Source: Eubacterium sp. (lineage in GTDB: Bacteria > Bacillota > Clostridia > Lachnospirales > Lachnospiraceae). From it: DNA of 64,000 bases. Under the pieces are notes generated by a model, which saw nothing but the letters and a program-made list of their open reading frames with translations, ran no database searches and had not been told where the DNA came from. Of the stretch, positions 1 to 8,581 are shown piece after piece (the first letter of the stretch is position 1; each line of letters begins with the position of its first letter). Made by a program: the position numbers and the translations under genes. The DNA is taken from positions 5,240-69,239 of the forward strand of contig JAFVGA010000001.1 in assembly GCA_017475235.1 (NCBI GenBank), given 5' to 3'.

Positions 1-323
1 ATAAGTGGTATCCAAAGTTCAATTATAAGGATATTGGTAAGAATACTTCAGCTATGTTCGTAGATACTATATCTATCAACAATGCTACTATTGGCACTGC
101 TGGTGGTGACTACGATGGCGATACAGTAACTTGCAAGCCTATATTCTCTATTGAGGCTAATGCTGAAGTTCGTAAGCAGTTAAACAATATAGGAAACTAT
201 AATGGACTTAATGGCATCAATGCAAAGAAAGTTAATAAAGAAGGTATTCTGTGTCTGTACTCATTAACTAACTGCCCAGATAAGGATACTTGGAATAAGA
301 AATTTAATAAAATGGAATTCTAA
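1..323 (+). CDS. RNA polymerase beta'-type subunit with catalytic motif, 3' end only (5'-truncated by window)
   Basis: GGDYDGD matches the (NA)DFDGD Mg-binding motif of double-psi-barrel RNAPs; the protein ends about 65 aa later, consistent with split jumbo-phage RNAP subunits. Confidence 0.85.
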   Translation, partial: KWYPKFNYKDIGKNTSAMFVDTISINNATIGTAGGDYDGDTVTCKPIFSIEANAEVRKQLNNIGNYNGLNGINAKKVNKEGILCLYSLTNCPDKDTWNKKFNKMEF

Positions 324-334
324 CCTTTCCTACT

Positions 335-351
335 TGTATATTATCATTATG
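335..351 (+). promoter_or_regulatory. Early-class promoter TGTATATTAT-N6-G
   Basis: Motif recurs upstream of many accessory genes; resembles phiKZ/AR9 early TATATTA(C/T) motifs. Confidence 0.7.
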
Positions 352-585
352 TAAGCAATACATAGTATGACTCATCCATTATGTCGTATTATGTATAAGG
401 AAAGGAGGTGTTCTGTCATGGATGAAGACTGGGACATCCACGAGGAAAGCGATGACGGGTGTACGTCCGGTGCAGGATATAGATAAACTGCATCGGACGA
501 ACAATCTACCCGGCATGGCTTGTAGATTATCTAATTTGATATTAGAGGAGGAGAGACCACCATAGGTCTCTCCCCAATTTTTTTA
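351..585 (+). ncRNA. Candidate structured early RNA (four hairpins plus terminator) containing a micro-ORF
   Basis: Stems 358-371/383-396, 464-475/488-499, 503-509/522-528, 530-535/541-546; terminator 550-558/565-573 followed by T-run. Confidence 0.5.
418..486 (+). CDS. 22-aa acidic micro-ORF (MDEDWDIHEESDDGCTSGAGYR)
   Basis: Perfect SD AAAGGAGGTG 7 nt upstream of ATG; below ORF-track size cutoff. Confidence 0.4.
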   Translation: MDEDWDIHEESDDGCTSGAGYR

Positions 586-1293
586 GTGTCTGTTTCTTCT
601 TCTATTTTTTCTTGATTCTTTTGGCTGTGTTTCAACCGGAGATTCGTCTGTTTCTGTTGCTTCATCTTCAACAGTATCCTCTTCTTCGAGTTCTTCTGTA
701 GGTTCTTCTGCAGATTCCTCAGCTTCCTCAGAATCTTCTTCTGTTGTTTCGTCAACAGCTTCTTCTGGTTCTATTGTTTCTTCTTCCTGTAAATCCGCTC
801 CACCTTCAGTTACTTCTGAAGGAATTTCAATACCGAGTTCTGCTGCCTTCTGAAGAGATTCTTCGTGAGCAGCCTTTACAGCTTCCACTTCAGCCTTCTC
901 TTCTTCCTGCTGTGGAGTAAGTTCCTTAGCAGTTTCTTCAACAGGAGCAGGTGGAATTGGAGCTTCCGGAACGTCGATAAGATATGACTCTCTTTTTTCA
1001 ACTGGTGTCTTTACATTTGTATTGAACTTCTTAAGAAATTCTAAATGTGCTTCGCTGAATACATTAGCGAAATTGCTCTGGTTAAGAGGCATTGTTTCTG
1101 TTTCAGAAATATATTCTACTACCTTAGCACCAGCATTAAGACACATAATGATATCCTTGATAGAAAGGATTCTTGTGAGTCTGCTATGTGGAAGCATACA
1201 AACACTTCCTACAGCAACCTGTCTTGGTCCCATTACAATTGCACATCTCTTATTAGCAGAGAATGGCAGAGTATTATTAGTTATATTCATCAT
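583..1293 (-). CDS. Hypothetical protein with long Glu-rich C-terminus and basic tail
   Basis: ORF; start moved to SD AGGAG + ATG at 1293/1290. Confidence 0.75.
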   Translation of the reverse strand: MMNITNNTLPFSANKRCAIVMGPRQVAVGSVCMLPHSRLTRILSIKDIIMCLNAGAKVVEYISETETMPLNQSNFANVFSEAHLEFLKKFNTNVKTPVEKRESYLIDVPEAPIPPAPVEETAKELTPQQEEEKAEVEAVKAAHEESLQKAAELGIEIPSEVTEGGADLQEEETIEPEEAVDETTEEDSEEAEESAEEPTEELEEEDTVEDEATETDESPVETQPKESRKNRRRNRH

Positions 1294-1615
1294 AATCTCC
1301 TTCCAGATCATCAAGATCTAAGTCATTGAGATCGACATCTTCATCGTCGTCATCAAGTTCAAAAGAATCATAATCATCTTCATCAAAGTCGTCGATATCG
1401 ATATCGTCTTCATCATAGTCTTCATCTTCTTCGCAGTCTTCGCAATCATACTTGCCATCACAATCTCCGCATTCAATTAAAGAATCAATTGCTTCTGATT
1501 CTACAGCAAGATCCATTTTAGCGAGAGCTATTTCGTCAGCTTCTTCTCTTACAGAAGAAATAAACTGTAAATCAGATACGGCAAGATCTACAGTAGTTTC
1601 GCTAAGAATTGACAT
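1277..1615 (-). CDS. Extremely acidic small protein with CxxC-x5-CxxC motif
   Basis: ORF with SD AAGGAGGT; D/E tract in C-terminal half. Confidence 0.75.
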   Translation of the reverse strand: MSILSETTVDLAVSDLQFISSVREEADEIALAKMDLAVESEAIDSLIECGDCDGKYDCEDCEEDEDYDEDDIDIDDFDEDDYDSFELDDDDEDVDLNDLDLDDLEGDYDEYN

Positions 1616-1628
1616 AAGTCTACCTCCT

Positions 1629-1892
1629 TTACTGGTAACAGTTTTCTTTGAACTGTTTGTCTATGTGTTTTCTTAGTGTAGTCTCAAAGTCTTCACTAAG
1701 AGTTTCATCATCGTCATCTTCTTCTGATTCGTTTTCATGAATACCGAAGATATCGTTTTTATATACACCATTCTGTTCAACATCGTCGATAGTTTCATCT
1801 ATGCTAGCATATGCTGAATCATGGAATGGTTCGAATAAGTCATCTATTGTTTCATCCAAAATTTCTTTTGAAAGAAATTCATCTATGCCCAT
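1629..1892 (-). CDS. Small acidic hypothetical protein
   Basis: ORF with SD AGGAGGT. Confidence 0.7.
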   Translation of the reverse strand: MGIDEFLSKEILDETIDDLFEPFHDSAYASIDETIDDVEQNGVYKNDIFGIHENESEEDDDDETLSEDFETTLRKHIDKQFKENCYQ

Positions 1893-1923
1893 TATAGATA
1901 CCTCCTATACTAAGTAATTATTC

Positions 1924-3150
1924 TCATGTTGATTTCATGAGTTTTCCCATGTAACTTTCTAAAACAAAAATAAGCATTGGGATAAAGTAGAAGTTATATG
2001 CCGAAGGATATAAGTCTATATCTTCGAGAATTTTGAGTATATTGCTTGGCATAGGATCCCCATGGAAGTAAGTAACCAAAGGATTATACTTACACTGAGG
2101 AACATCTATATCCAATATAACGTTATCATGCACCATATTAATCATAAGATTATCAAATGGAATGAATACGCCGAATGTAGCTCTATCTTCATAATCAATC
2201 ATGAAGTAGTCATCTGGTACAGTAGCAAATAAAGTGTTTCTATTCTCTATAGGCTGAGCTACAGCTTCCATGAGATTGAAACGATCTATATCGCAAGTCT
2301 CTAATGCTCTGAATATAGTCTTATCATAATCTATAGAGAATGTCCTATGAACTGGAACTGCATGATCTACGAAGATATAATCATTACCGGTATATTTGAA
2401 TACATTGTTTCTTATAAGGAACTCGATCATGTAAGGATCATAGTATAATCCACTATTACTATCGAATGTGAATGTCTGTACTGCATCATTATAAAACATT
2501 TCGAGATAGTATGTCTTAATACGAGTAAGCACATTATCCATATTAGAAATCAGATCGTAGTCATTCTGTTTAACTACAGTCTTCATAGAAGTGCCAGCAT
2601 TATCTATAATCATTGTGTATTCATTGATAACCTGATCTTCGAGATACTGGTAGTCTTTTTCGAATACAGATTTAAGAGTTAAATGAACTCTATAGAAGTT
2701 TGCTCCATTATCAATAGTATCAGGGGTAACCTGATCCATCATAAAGAGATACTTCTTAGTAGAATCCATCTTAGTAAGCTGATCGAATATGATGTATCCA
2801 TTAGGTAATGGAATAAATGTATCTGGAATAACCACAATTTCAAATTCAATTGGAGCTGCTGTCAGACCTTCTTCTGTAAGATCTATATTCATTATAATCT
2901 TCATGTCGTTAGTATACACAACAGCATCATTTATCTTATTGAATCTAAATGGTGAGTCTGGACCTAAAGCTGTATATTCAAACTTTGCACCTGCATCTAA
3001 TGTAGTTCCGGTTTCATCCGGATTATATACTACACAAGTTACCGGTTTCATATTGTTAAATACATAACTATTATTACGCATGATCTCTATAGAATTATCT
3101 ATAAGAGAAGATACGGTATTAACGTAGTTCTTGTTTATAAATTTAGACAT
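1924..3150 (-). CDS. Putative virion structural protein
   Basis: Long ORF; start at MSKFINK with SD AGGAGGG; late promoter AACA-N6-TA at 3166-3177. Confidence 0.55.
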   Translation of the reverse strand: MSKFINKNYVNTVSSLIDNSIEIMRNNSYVFNNMKPVTCVVYNPDETGTTLDAGAKFEYTALGPDSPFRFNKINDAVVYTNDMKIIMNIDLTEEGLTAAPIEFEIVVIPDTFIPLPNGYIIFDQLTKMDSTKKYLFMMDQVTPDTIDNGANFYRVHLTLKSVFEKDYQYLEDQVINEYTMIIDNAGTSMKTVVKQNDYDLISNMDNVLTRIKTYYLEMFYNDAVQTFTFDSNSGLYYDPYMIEFLIRNNVFKYTGNDYIFVDHAVPVHRTFSIDYDKTIFRALETCDIDRFNLMEAVAQPIENRNTLFATVPDDYFMIDYEDRATFGVFIPFDNLMINMVHDNVILDIDVPQCKYNPLVTYFHGDPMPSNILKILEDIDLYPSAYNFYFIPMLIFVLESYMGKLMKST

Positions 3151-3211
3151 AATACTCCCTCCTTTTATGAAAATGTTTCGGAAAGTACAATCCGGCAAAC
3201 GTATGGATAAG

Positions 3212-3228
3212 TGTATATTATTATTATG
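3212..3228 (+). promoter_or_regulatory. Early-class promoter, followed by a 5' hairpin (atagagtggt/atcactctat)
   Basis: TGTATATTAT-tattat-G. Confidence 0.7.
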
Positions 3229-3296
3229 TACGTATATAGAGTGGTATAAATCACTCTATCAATCATTTATTTATTATTCTTAGGAGGAATAACGTT

Positions 3297-4052
3297 ATGA
3301 AATTATATGCAACTCTTAACACCAGAGAGATCGAACAGGGCGGTTTAGTAGCAGCTGCAGAAAGAAAGGATGATCTTCTTGGTGGTACCGAACTTGAATT
3401 TCAGGCAGATGGAAACATCATTCGCGAGGTATTCTTAGATATTGAAAGATTCCTCGTTCTCGACAAGACCGATAACATTCTTAGATGCGAAGAGCTCATG
3501 ACAAGCCACCAGCTTGCTTTTTGGGCATGGGCAGAGATTAAGCAGGAATGTAATAGAGTTAGAGAAGAAGCGAGACGCATCTGGGAGCTCAATGCAATTA
3601 AAAATTCTATGGTGGATGCCGCTGATGAAACGGAAAAGAACCTCACTTCAGTAGAAATAAACAACATCACTAAGACGCATCCATCAGATAAAGCTAGATG
3701 CGTTTCAGAAGATGCATTTAAGCTGGAGCTCGAGTCTGTAGACATCAGTGAAGCCTGCATGGTATATTCATACGTGCAGTTCATACATCATGAGGGGAAG
3801 ATGTACGTGGTCTTCGATCCGGCCGATGTAATTTGTGGCAATGGCGATTTTAAGTCGGACGAATTCGAAAACGTAGATGAAGCATTAAACTCTCTTGATA
3901 CCGATTTCGGAAGATTAGACTATATTATTAATTGCTTTAACGTTAATGCTAATAATCCATCTATCGAGTTCAATGAGTCGATGTTCGTCGAGGATATTAC
4001 AAAGATTCTTGATTACCACCTTGGCATCAGAGTAAAGAAGGTGGAATTCTAA
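3297..4052 (+). CDS. Hypothetical early protein
   Basis: ORF with SD AGGAGG downstream of early promoter. Confidence 0.8.
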   Translation: MKLYATLNTREIEQGGLVAAAERKDDLLGGTELEFQADGNIIREVFLDIERFLVLDKTDNILRCEELMTSHQLAFWAWAEIKQECNRVREEARRIWELNAIKNSMVDAADETEKNLTSVEINNITKTHPSDKARCVSEDAFKLELESVDISEACMVYSYVQFIHHEGKMYVVFDPADVICGNGDFKSDEFENVDEALNSLDTDFGRLDYIINCFNVNANNPSIEFNESMFVEDITKILDYHLGIRVKKVEF

Positions 4053-4747
4053 TGAGAATTTTTCTAAATCTCGATGGAAAGGAACGTCCATACGAGTCGA
4101 TGGCAGGAGCTTATATGGCTCTGGTCAAAAAGTTAAATATTCGTGTAGCGGACCCGAAGGTATCTTCACAGCTCGGGGATGCGAACTATCCTATGATACT
4201 GAACTTATTCTGGGAAGCCTGGAAAGAGGACCCTGAAGTTAAGATCAGAATCGAAAAAGGCGCTACAGAGCTCGAAGCAGAGAGGTTCATCTTAAAAGTG
4301 GACACAGAAGATCTCGAGTTCTCCGCTAAGCTCTGGAACTACTCTGACGCCTATTCGAAAATAAAGCATGATGCTAATTCTATTTTGAGAGGGTTAAGAG
4401 AAAAGGTAAACGTCATGTATAATGCAATCGAGAAATACGATGCGATGATTCCGTTAAAGGAATATCACGCCTTCGCAAGTTCGCATGATTGCAAAGTAGC
4501 TAAATTTATCTATCCACGATATGTAGAAAAAGAAAGAACGATCGATGGAATAATAATAGCGTTTGATACTGATGAAATGACACCATTATCAGAAATCGAA
4601 AGACAGTATGATGAAACGGAGAACGCCATTACATCAGTAAAGAATATGCTAGAAGAAATAAATGATACCGGTAATCCTATAGACATTGCGCTTATGTCTA
4701 GAAGGCTAAATCTTGGGTACACATTTATTCAGGTATATGAATTATGA
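4052..4747 (+). CDS. Hypothetical early protein
   Basis: ORF coupled to the previous gene (TAATG overlap). Confidence 0.8.
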   Translation: MRIFLNLDGKERPYESMAGAYMALVKKLNIRVADPKVSSQLGDANYPMILNLFWEAWKEDPEVKIRIEKGATELEAERFILKVDTEDLEFSAKLWNYSDAYSKIKHDANSILRGLREKVNVMYNAIEKYDAMIPLKEYHAFASSHDCKVAKFIYPRYVEKERTIDGIIIAFDTDEMTPLSEIERQYDETENAITSVKNMLEEINDTGNPIDIALMSRRLNLGYTFIQVYEL

Positions 4748-4989
4748 TAGACATAACAGACCCGAAAGCACTGGATGCTGCCTTAGAAGAATTTCGGAAA
4801 AGCTGGGATGACCAGGAAAGGAAGGAATTTGAGGAAGCAACCAGTGTTGAAAGTATAAAACCAACAGTAGACCCCGAAATAGGTCGTAGGATTCATCGTC
4901 TTCTTATGGATAATGAGAAGAGATGCGATGAAAAGCGCGTTTGGGACTCAGCAGTCGGGGTTATGGTAAAGGAGGATAACAATGCTTAG
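4744..4989 (+). CDS. Hypothetical early protein
   Basis: ATGA overlap with the previous gene. Confidence 0.7.
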   Translation: MIDITDPKALDAALEEFRKSWDDQERKEFEEATSVESIKPTVDPEIGRRIHRLLMDNEKRCDEKRVWDSAVGVMVKEDNNA

Positions 4990-5218
4990 AGACCTTCTGC
5001 AAAAACTCTACAGGGGTAAGGATAGATCTTATACTTATATTGAGTACCTTATTCGTGAGGAAATTGATCAGTCCGATTACCTCTTATATGAGCATAAGAA
5101 GACTAAGAGTATTCTTAACAGAATTCTCAAGAAGTACTCAGACGATTTTCACTATGAGATCAAGCTAACTGGTACGGCAATAGAGTGCTCATTATTACAT
5201 TATTCGATTACCCACTGA
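4982..5218 (+). CDS. Hypothetical early protein, possibly frameshifted (protein-like -1 frame continues to 5280)
   Basis: SD AAGGAGG; alternative frame 5164-5280 reads ANWYGNRVLIITLFDYPL... Confidence 0.6.
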   Translation: MLRDLLQKLYRGKDRSYTYIEYLIREEIDQSDYLLYEHKKTKSILNRILKKYSDDFHYEIKLTGTAIECSLLHYSITH

Positions 5219-5303
5219 ATGACGATGGTGGAAACACCTTCCTCAATGATTGGGTGCAGTTCGAGGCTCAGAGCTACTAATAGCTATGATACTTCGGAAA
5301 AAT

Positions 5304-5333
5304 ATGGGGAGTCTTTATGACTCCTCATTTTTT
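5304..5333 (+). terminator. Intrinsic terminator
   Basis: atggggagtc/gactcctcat stem followed by T-run. Confidence 0.75.
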
Positions 5334-5354
5334 GTTATTCTATATATTTTTTAT

Positions 5355-5371
5355 TGTATATTATTATTGTG
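5355..5371 (+). promoter_or_regulatory. Early-class promoter
   Basis: TGTATATTAT-tattgt-G. Confidence 0.7.
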
Positions 5372-5417
5372 ATAGAGACACATTAAGCACATGTCTCTAT
5401 TGTCCACAAGGACGTGC
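5371..5417 (+). ncRNA. Pseudoknot 5'-leader motif, copy 1
   Basis: P1 atagagaca/tgtctctat, 11-nt loop cattaaGCACa, P2 gtcc-acaa-ggac, 3' GTGC complementary to the loop. Confidence 0.7.
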
Positions 5418-5451
5418 GAATTTAGTTATACTCATGAAAGGGGTATGTATT

Positions 5452-5598
5452 ATGTTAACTAAGAAGTTCATAATCGATTTCATCGGCAATAGCTTTTATC
5501 ATGAAAGATTAACTAGAGAGATTCGTAAGCAGCCAATGAGTAAGTCTGAAATAAGAAATTTCGTAAAGATGGAACTCATAGATCTTCTACAGGCATGA
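5452..5598 (+). CDS. Small early protein (48 aa; +1 frame continues to 5671)
   Basis: SD GAAAGGGG upstream of ATG 5452. Confidence 0.6.
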   Translation: MLTKKFIIDFIGNSFYHERLTREIRKQPMSKSEIRNFVKMELIDLLQA

Positions 5599-5670
5599 TA
5601 TTGAAGTAACAAATATGGTTGAATTCGAAAAAAGAGTTGATGAAATAACAACTGCTGTAGAGACTAGATA

Positions 5671-5708
5671 AAAAATATAGGGAGAGCTTATGCCTCCCTA
5701 TATTTTTA
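5671..5708. terminator. Bidirectional terminator between convergent genes
   Basis: aaaaatatagggag...ctccctatattttt. Confidence 0.7.
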
Positions 5709-6729
5709 GTGTCGAAGTTATAATTTTTTCTCTTGGAACTCCAAAATCCTTCTCTTGCTTTCCTTCTCCTCTATACATATTTCGATGTACATATAACTCA
5801 TTCACTACTGGTTGGATGTTATTACATATACCTCGAACCACATAGTCCGATACATCTAAATCTGGATACAAATGTACTACTGTATAAAGCATCGGGAAAT
5901 TACAAACTAAGAACTTCAAAGATTCTCCATATGATTTACCAAATCCAGCAATATAAAGATTCTGTTCAGTATTACAATTCATAACGTTAAAGAATATTCC
6001 AAGTATATCAAAGAATCCTTCGGCGATATGAATATGAACGGGCTTCATCATATCTACACTGTTTGGTATCATATAGAATTTCTCAGCATCTATCTTATCC
6101 GTAATCACATAATTGATGTACTTCTTATTCACCACATTCGGTAAACCAGTTTCTATCAATCTCCTAAGTGAAAGCATATTATTGTTTACTCCTAATACAC
6201 CTAAGAAGTTGCTGCCTAAAAGTTGTATTATAGACTCATCTCTCGAATATCTGTGGATATTATTAGAATTTAAGAGATATTGCAAATTAAGAAATATCTT
6301 CAGCCCAACCAAGTCTTGATAGGTGAGCTGAAGACCTAATCTTTTATTTATATATTGAAGTTTCAATTGATTTTCTCTTGTGTCTTCAATGCTATTTGCT
6401 ATATCTAATACTTGACGATTACCAATTCTTTTCTTTTTTATATAAGAACGGTTAGGATTATTACCATAATCTCCAGGCATCCATAACTGATATCTATTTA
6501 AGAACTCCTGATTGACTACTCCTTTTCGTCTTTCTTCAGTAGGATCACATCTAAAACAATTATACATTATAGGACTATCTGAATCATCGAATGGTCCTAT
6601 ATAACAATGTCCTTTAGTATCAGGTGTAGAACATACTGCACACTGACATACTATCTGCTCTCCCGATTTAGCCTCTCTTGCTAACGGGAGATTGTTTAAT
6701 AGAAATTGCTTGAGTTCCTCTTTATCCAT
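5698..6729 (-). CDS. DNA primase (Zn-finger plus TOPRIM)
   Basis: N-terminal CxxC...H...CxxC; TOPRIM motifs AEGFFD and YPDLD; C-terminal KDFG. Confidence 0.75.
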   Translation of the reverse strand: MDKEELKQFLLNNLPLAREAKSGEQIVCQCAVCSTPDTKGHCYIGPFDDSDSPIMYNCFRCDPTEERRKGVVNQEFLNRYQLWMPGDYGNNPNRSYIKKKRIGNRQVLDIANSIEDTRENQLKLQYINKRLGLQLTYQDLVGLKIFLNLQYLLNSNNIHRYSRDESIIQLLGSNFLGVLGVNNNMLSLRRLIETGLPNVVNKKYINYVITDKIDAEKFYMIPNSVDMMKPVHIHIAEGFFDILGIFFNVMNCNTEQNLYIAGFGKSYGESLKFLVCNFPMLYTVVHLYPDLDVSDYVVRGICNNIQPVVNELYVHRNMYRGEGKQEKDFGVPREKIITSTLKI

Positions 6730-6743
6730 TAGCAAGAACCTCC

Positions 6744-7265
6744 TTAATACGGTAATCTCTGTAAGGCATCTTCGATAAAGTCTCCAGATTCTTCTTGTTT
6801 CTTAAGAAGCTTTATAACTTTATCGATAGCTTTAAGTTCATCTCCATTGATATATCCAGAAACCATAATAACTTTATGGAATTCTTCCCTATCTTTCTTT
6901 AAAGGTATTTCGGTCAATACATGGCTATTATAGAATTTATCCTCATCTGGAACATATCTAATCGTCTTAGATACACTCCAATCCGTAATACCTTTTCTAT
7001 AATCTTTAATAAAACAAATGGATTGTCTATAATTATTGATATTTGAGAAGTAATAATCAAACGAATAAGCTGATTGTGTTACAGGTTTCTCAAAAACTAT
7101 TCTTTTATTAGTTCTGCCATTTGTTAAATCACATTCTGTCATCACATATCCTAGTTCTATCATAGGACTAACTATAGTCTGTTTATTTCTATAACCAACA
7201 GTGAAACCTACGGCTCCACCTATTCCTAAAACTAATCCTAAAATCGGAATTAAAAGTAAATACAT
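6744..7265 (-). CDS. Hypothetical protein with N-terminal transmembrane anchor
   Basis: Hydrophobic N-terminus; SD AGGAG. Confidence 0.7.
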   Translation of the reverse strand: MYLLLIPILGLVLGIGGAVGFTVGYRNKQTIVSPMIELGYVMTECDLTNGRTNKRIVFEKPVTQSAYSFDYYFSNINNYRQSICFIKDYRKGITDWSVSKTIRYVPDEDKFYNSHVLTEIPLKKDREEFHKVIMVSGYINGDELKAIDKVIKLLKKQEESGDFIEDALQRLPY

Positions 7266-7540
7266 TTGACTCCTCCTATAGTTTCTTCAGCCGATGTGTC
7301 TACTATCTTTGTAGGTTTCTTCTTTCTTAATATCACATCATATCCAAAGTAATCTGCATATGCTACTATATTATGAAAGCCTACATTCTGTCCATTCTCT
7401 ATGTTACTGACCATTGATTCAGACAGACCGGTTTCTTCAGCAACATCCTTTCTGGATATACCTTTAGTCTGTCTTATATCGTGTAGGTCTCTGCAAACGA
7501 ACATTTCACTTATATTTATTTCTCTAGGTTTCTTCTTCAT
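7250..7540 (-). CDS. XRE/Cro-C1 helix-turn-helix protein
   Basis: LHDIRQTKGISRKDVAEETGLSESMVSNIENG is a typical HTH_3 pattern. Confidence 0.8.
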   Translation of the reverse strand: MKKKPREINISEMFVCRDLHDIRQTKGISRKDVAEETGLSESMVSNIENGQNVGFHNIVAYADYFGYDVILRKKKPTKIVDTSAEETIGGVKCIYF

Positions 7541-8522
7541 CGTCATCATCCTCATCATTATCCATTCCACCAAAACCAAAGAAGAATCTTTTCATATATT
7601 CAGACATTCCTCTCATGGCATCGTATGTAGCTTCACTATCAACTTCATTTTCAGAATTGAAGTATTCCTCTTCATCGAATTCTTTTGCTGTAGCCCCCAT
7701 CTGTCTAAGTTTAGACATTCCATATCTTATTACATCAAGAATCTCATCAGATTGTTTTTGTACTTTAATAGTATTGAGAGCTATAAATGCAGTATCCACT
7801 TGTGATTTTGGAACAAGGTCAACCACTAAACTTAATATCTCAAGAACTATATCTGCCGGTTCACTTTCATCTAATATGTCGTTGAATACCTTCATATATG
7901 TAAATGTATCCGGATTAAGTTTTGTAATCTCTCGAAAGTTCTGAGCAATTAAAGCATATATAGTTTCTACATGACGCTTCAAATATTCCTCTTTACCTTT
8001 TTCAAATACGCCAGCTTCTTTAGCTAGATCAAGATTACCCCTTGCTTCTATACAACTTTCAAGCTGTTCAAATACGTCATCAGTAAGATAACGATTTAAC
8101 ACACTTGGAATAGACTGGAATGTGTGAGTATCACTCTTAGCTGCCTCCACTTCAAGAAATACATTTCCAATCATATGATCCTGTGCTTTGATTATAACGT
8201 TTTTGATTATTTCTTTAGAACTCTCTTTATTCAGTTCACCCATAACAGCTTCTAACTGTATGATTTCAGATAAAGAAAATAAAGGAGCTGTATCTCGAAT
8301 GAAAGCTAAGTGAGATAAATCCGCACTATTTGCTCTCTCTATATTATACAGGTATCTATTTGGAATTGTAAACATAACGAATGTCTGCTGGGAAAATACT
8401 TTACTTTTGAATATTCCAGCATGCACTATAATTCCAGTTAAAGATCCCTGGATCATTCTATCTCTTACTCTGTTTTCTGGATCTATTAGAACCAGATCAT
8501 TCTTTTTAAATCTTTGTCTCAT
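7524..8522 (-). CDS. Hypothetical protein
   Basis: ORF; start at MRQRFK with SD GGAGGT. Confidence 0.75.
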   Translation of the reverse strand: MRQRFKKNDLVLIDPENRVRDRMIQGSLTGIIVHAGIFKSKVFSQQTFVMFTIPNRYLYNIERANSADLSHLAFIRDTAPLFSLSEIIQLEAVMGELNKESSKEIIKNVIIKAQDHMIGNVFLEVEAAKSDTHTFQSIPSVLNRYLTDDVFEQLESCIEARGNLDLAKEAGVFEKGKEEYLKRHVETIYALIAQNFREITKLNPDTFTYMKVFNDILDESEPADIVLEILSLVVDLVPKSQVDTAFIALNTIKVQKQSDEILDVIRYGMSKLRQMGATAKEFDEEEYFNSENEVDSEATYDAMRGMSEYMKRFFFGFGGMDNDEDDDDEEET

Positions 8523-8581
8523 AAATGAAACCTCCCATTTAAAATATAATGGGAAGAGCATGTGCCCTTCCCATACAATTG

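Noticed and set aside
418-486. Type I toxin-antitoxin interpretation of the micro-ORF
   Set aside because: The peptide is acidic rather than hydrophobic, and no dedicated antisense promoter was found
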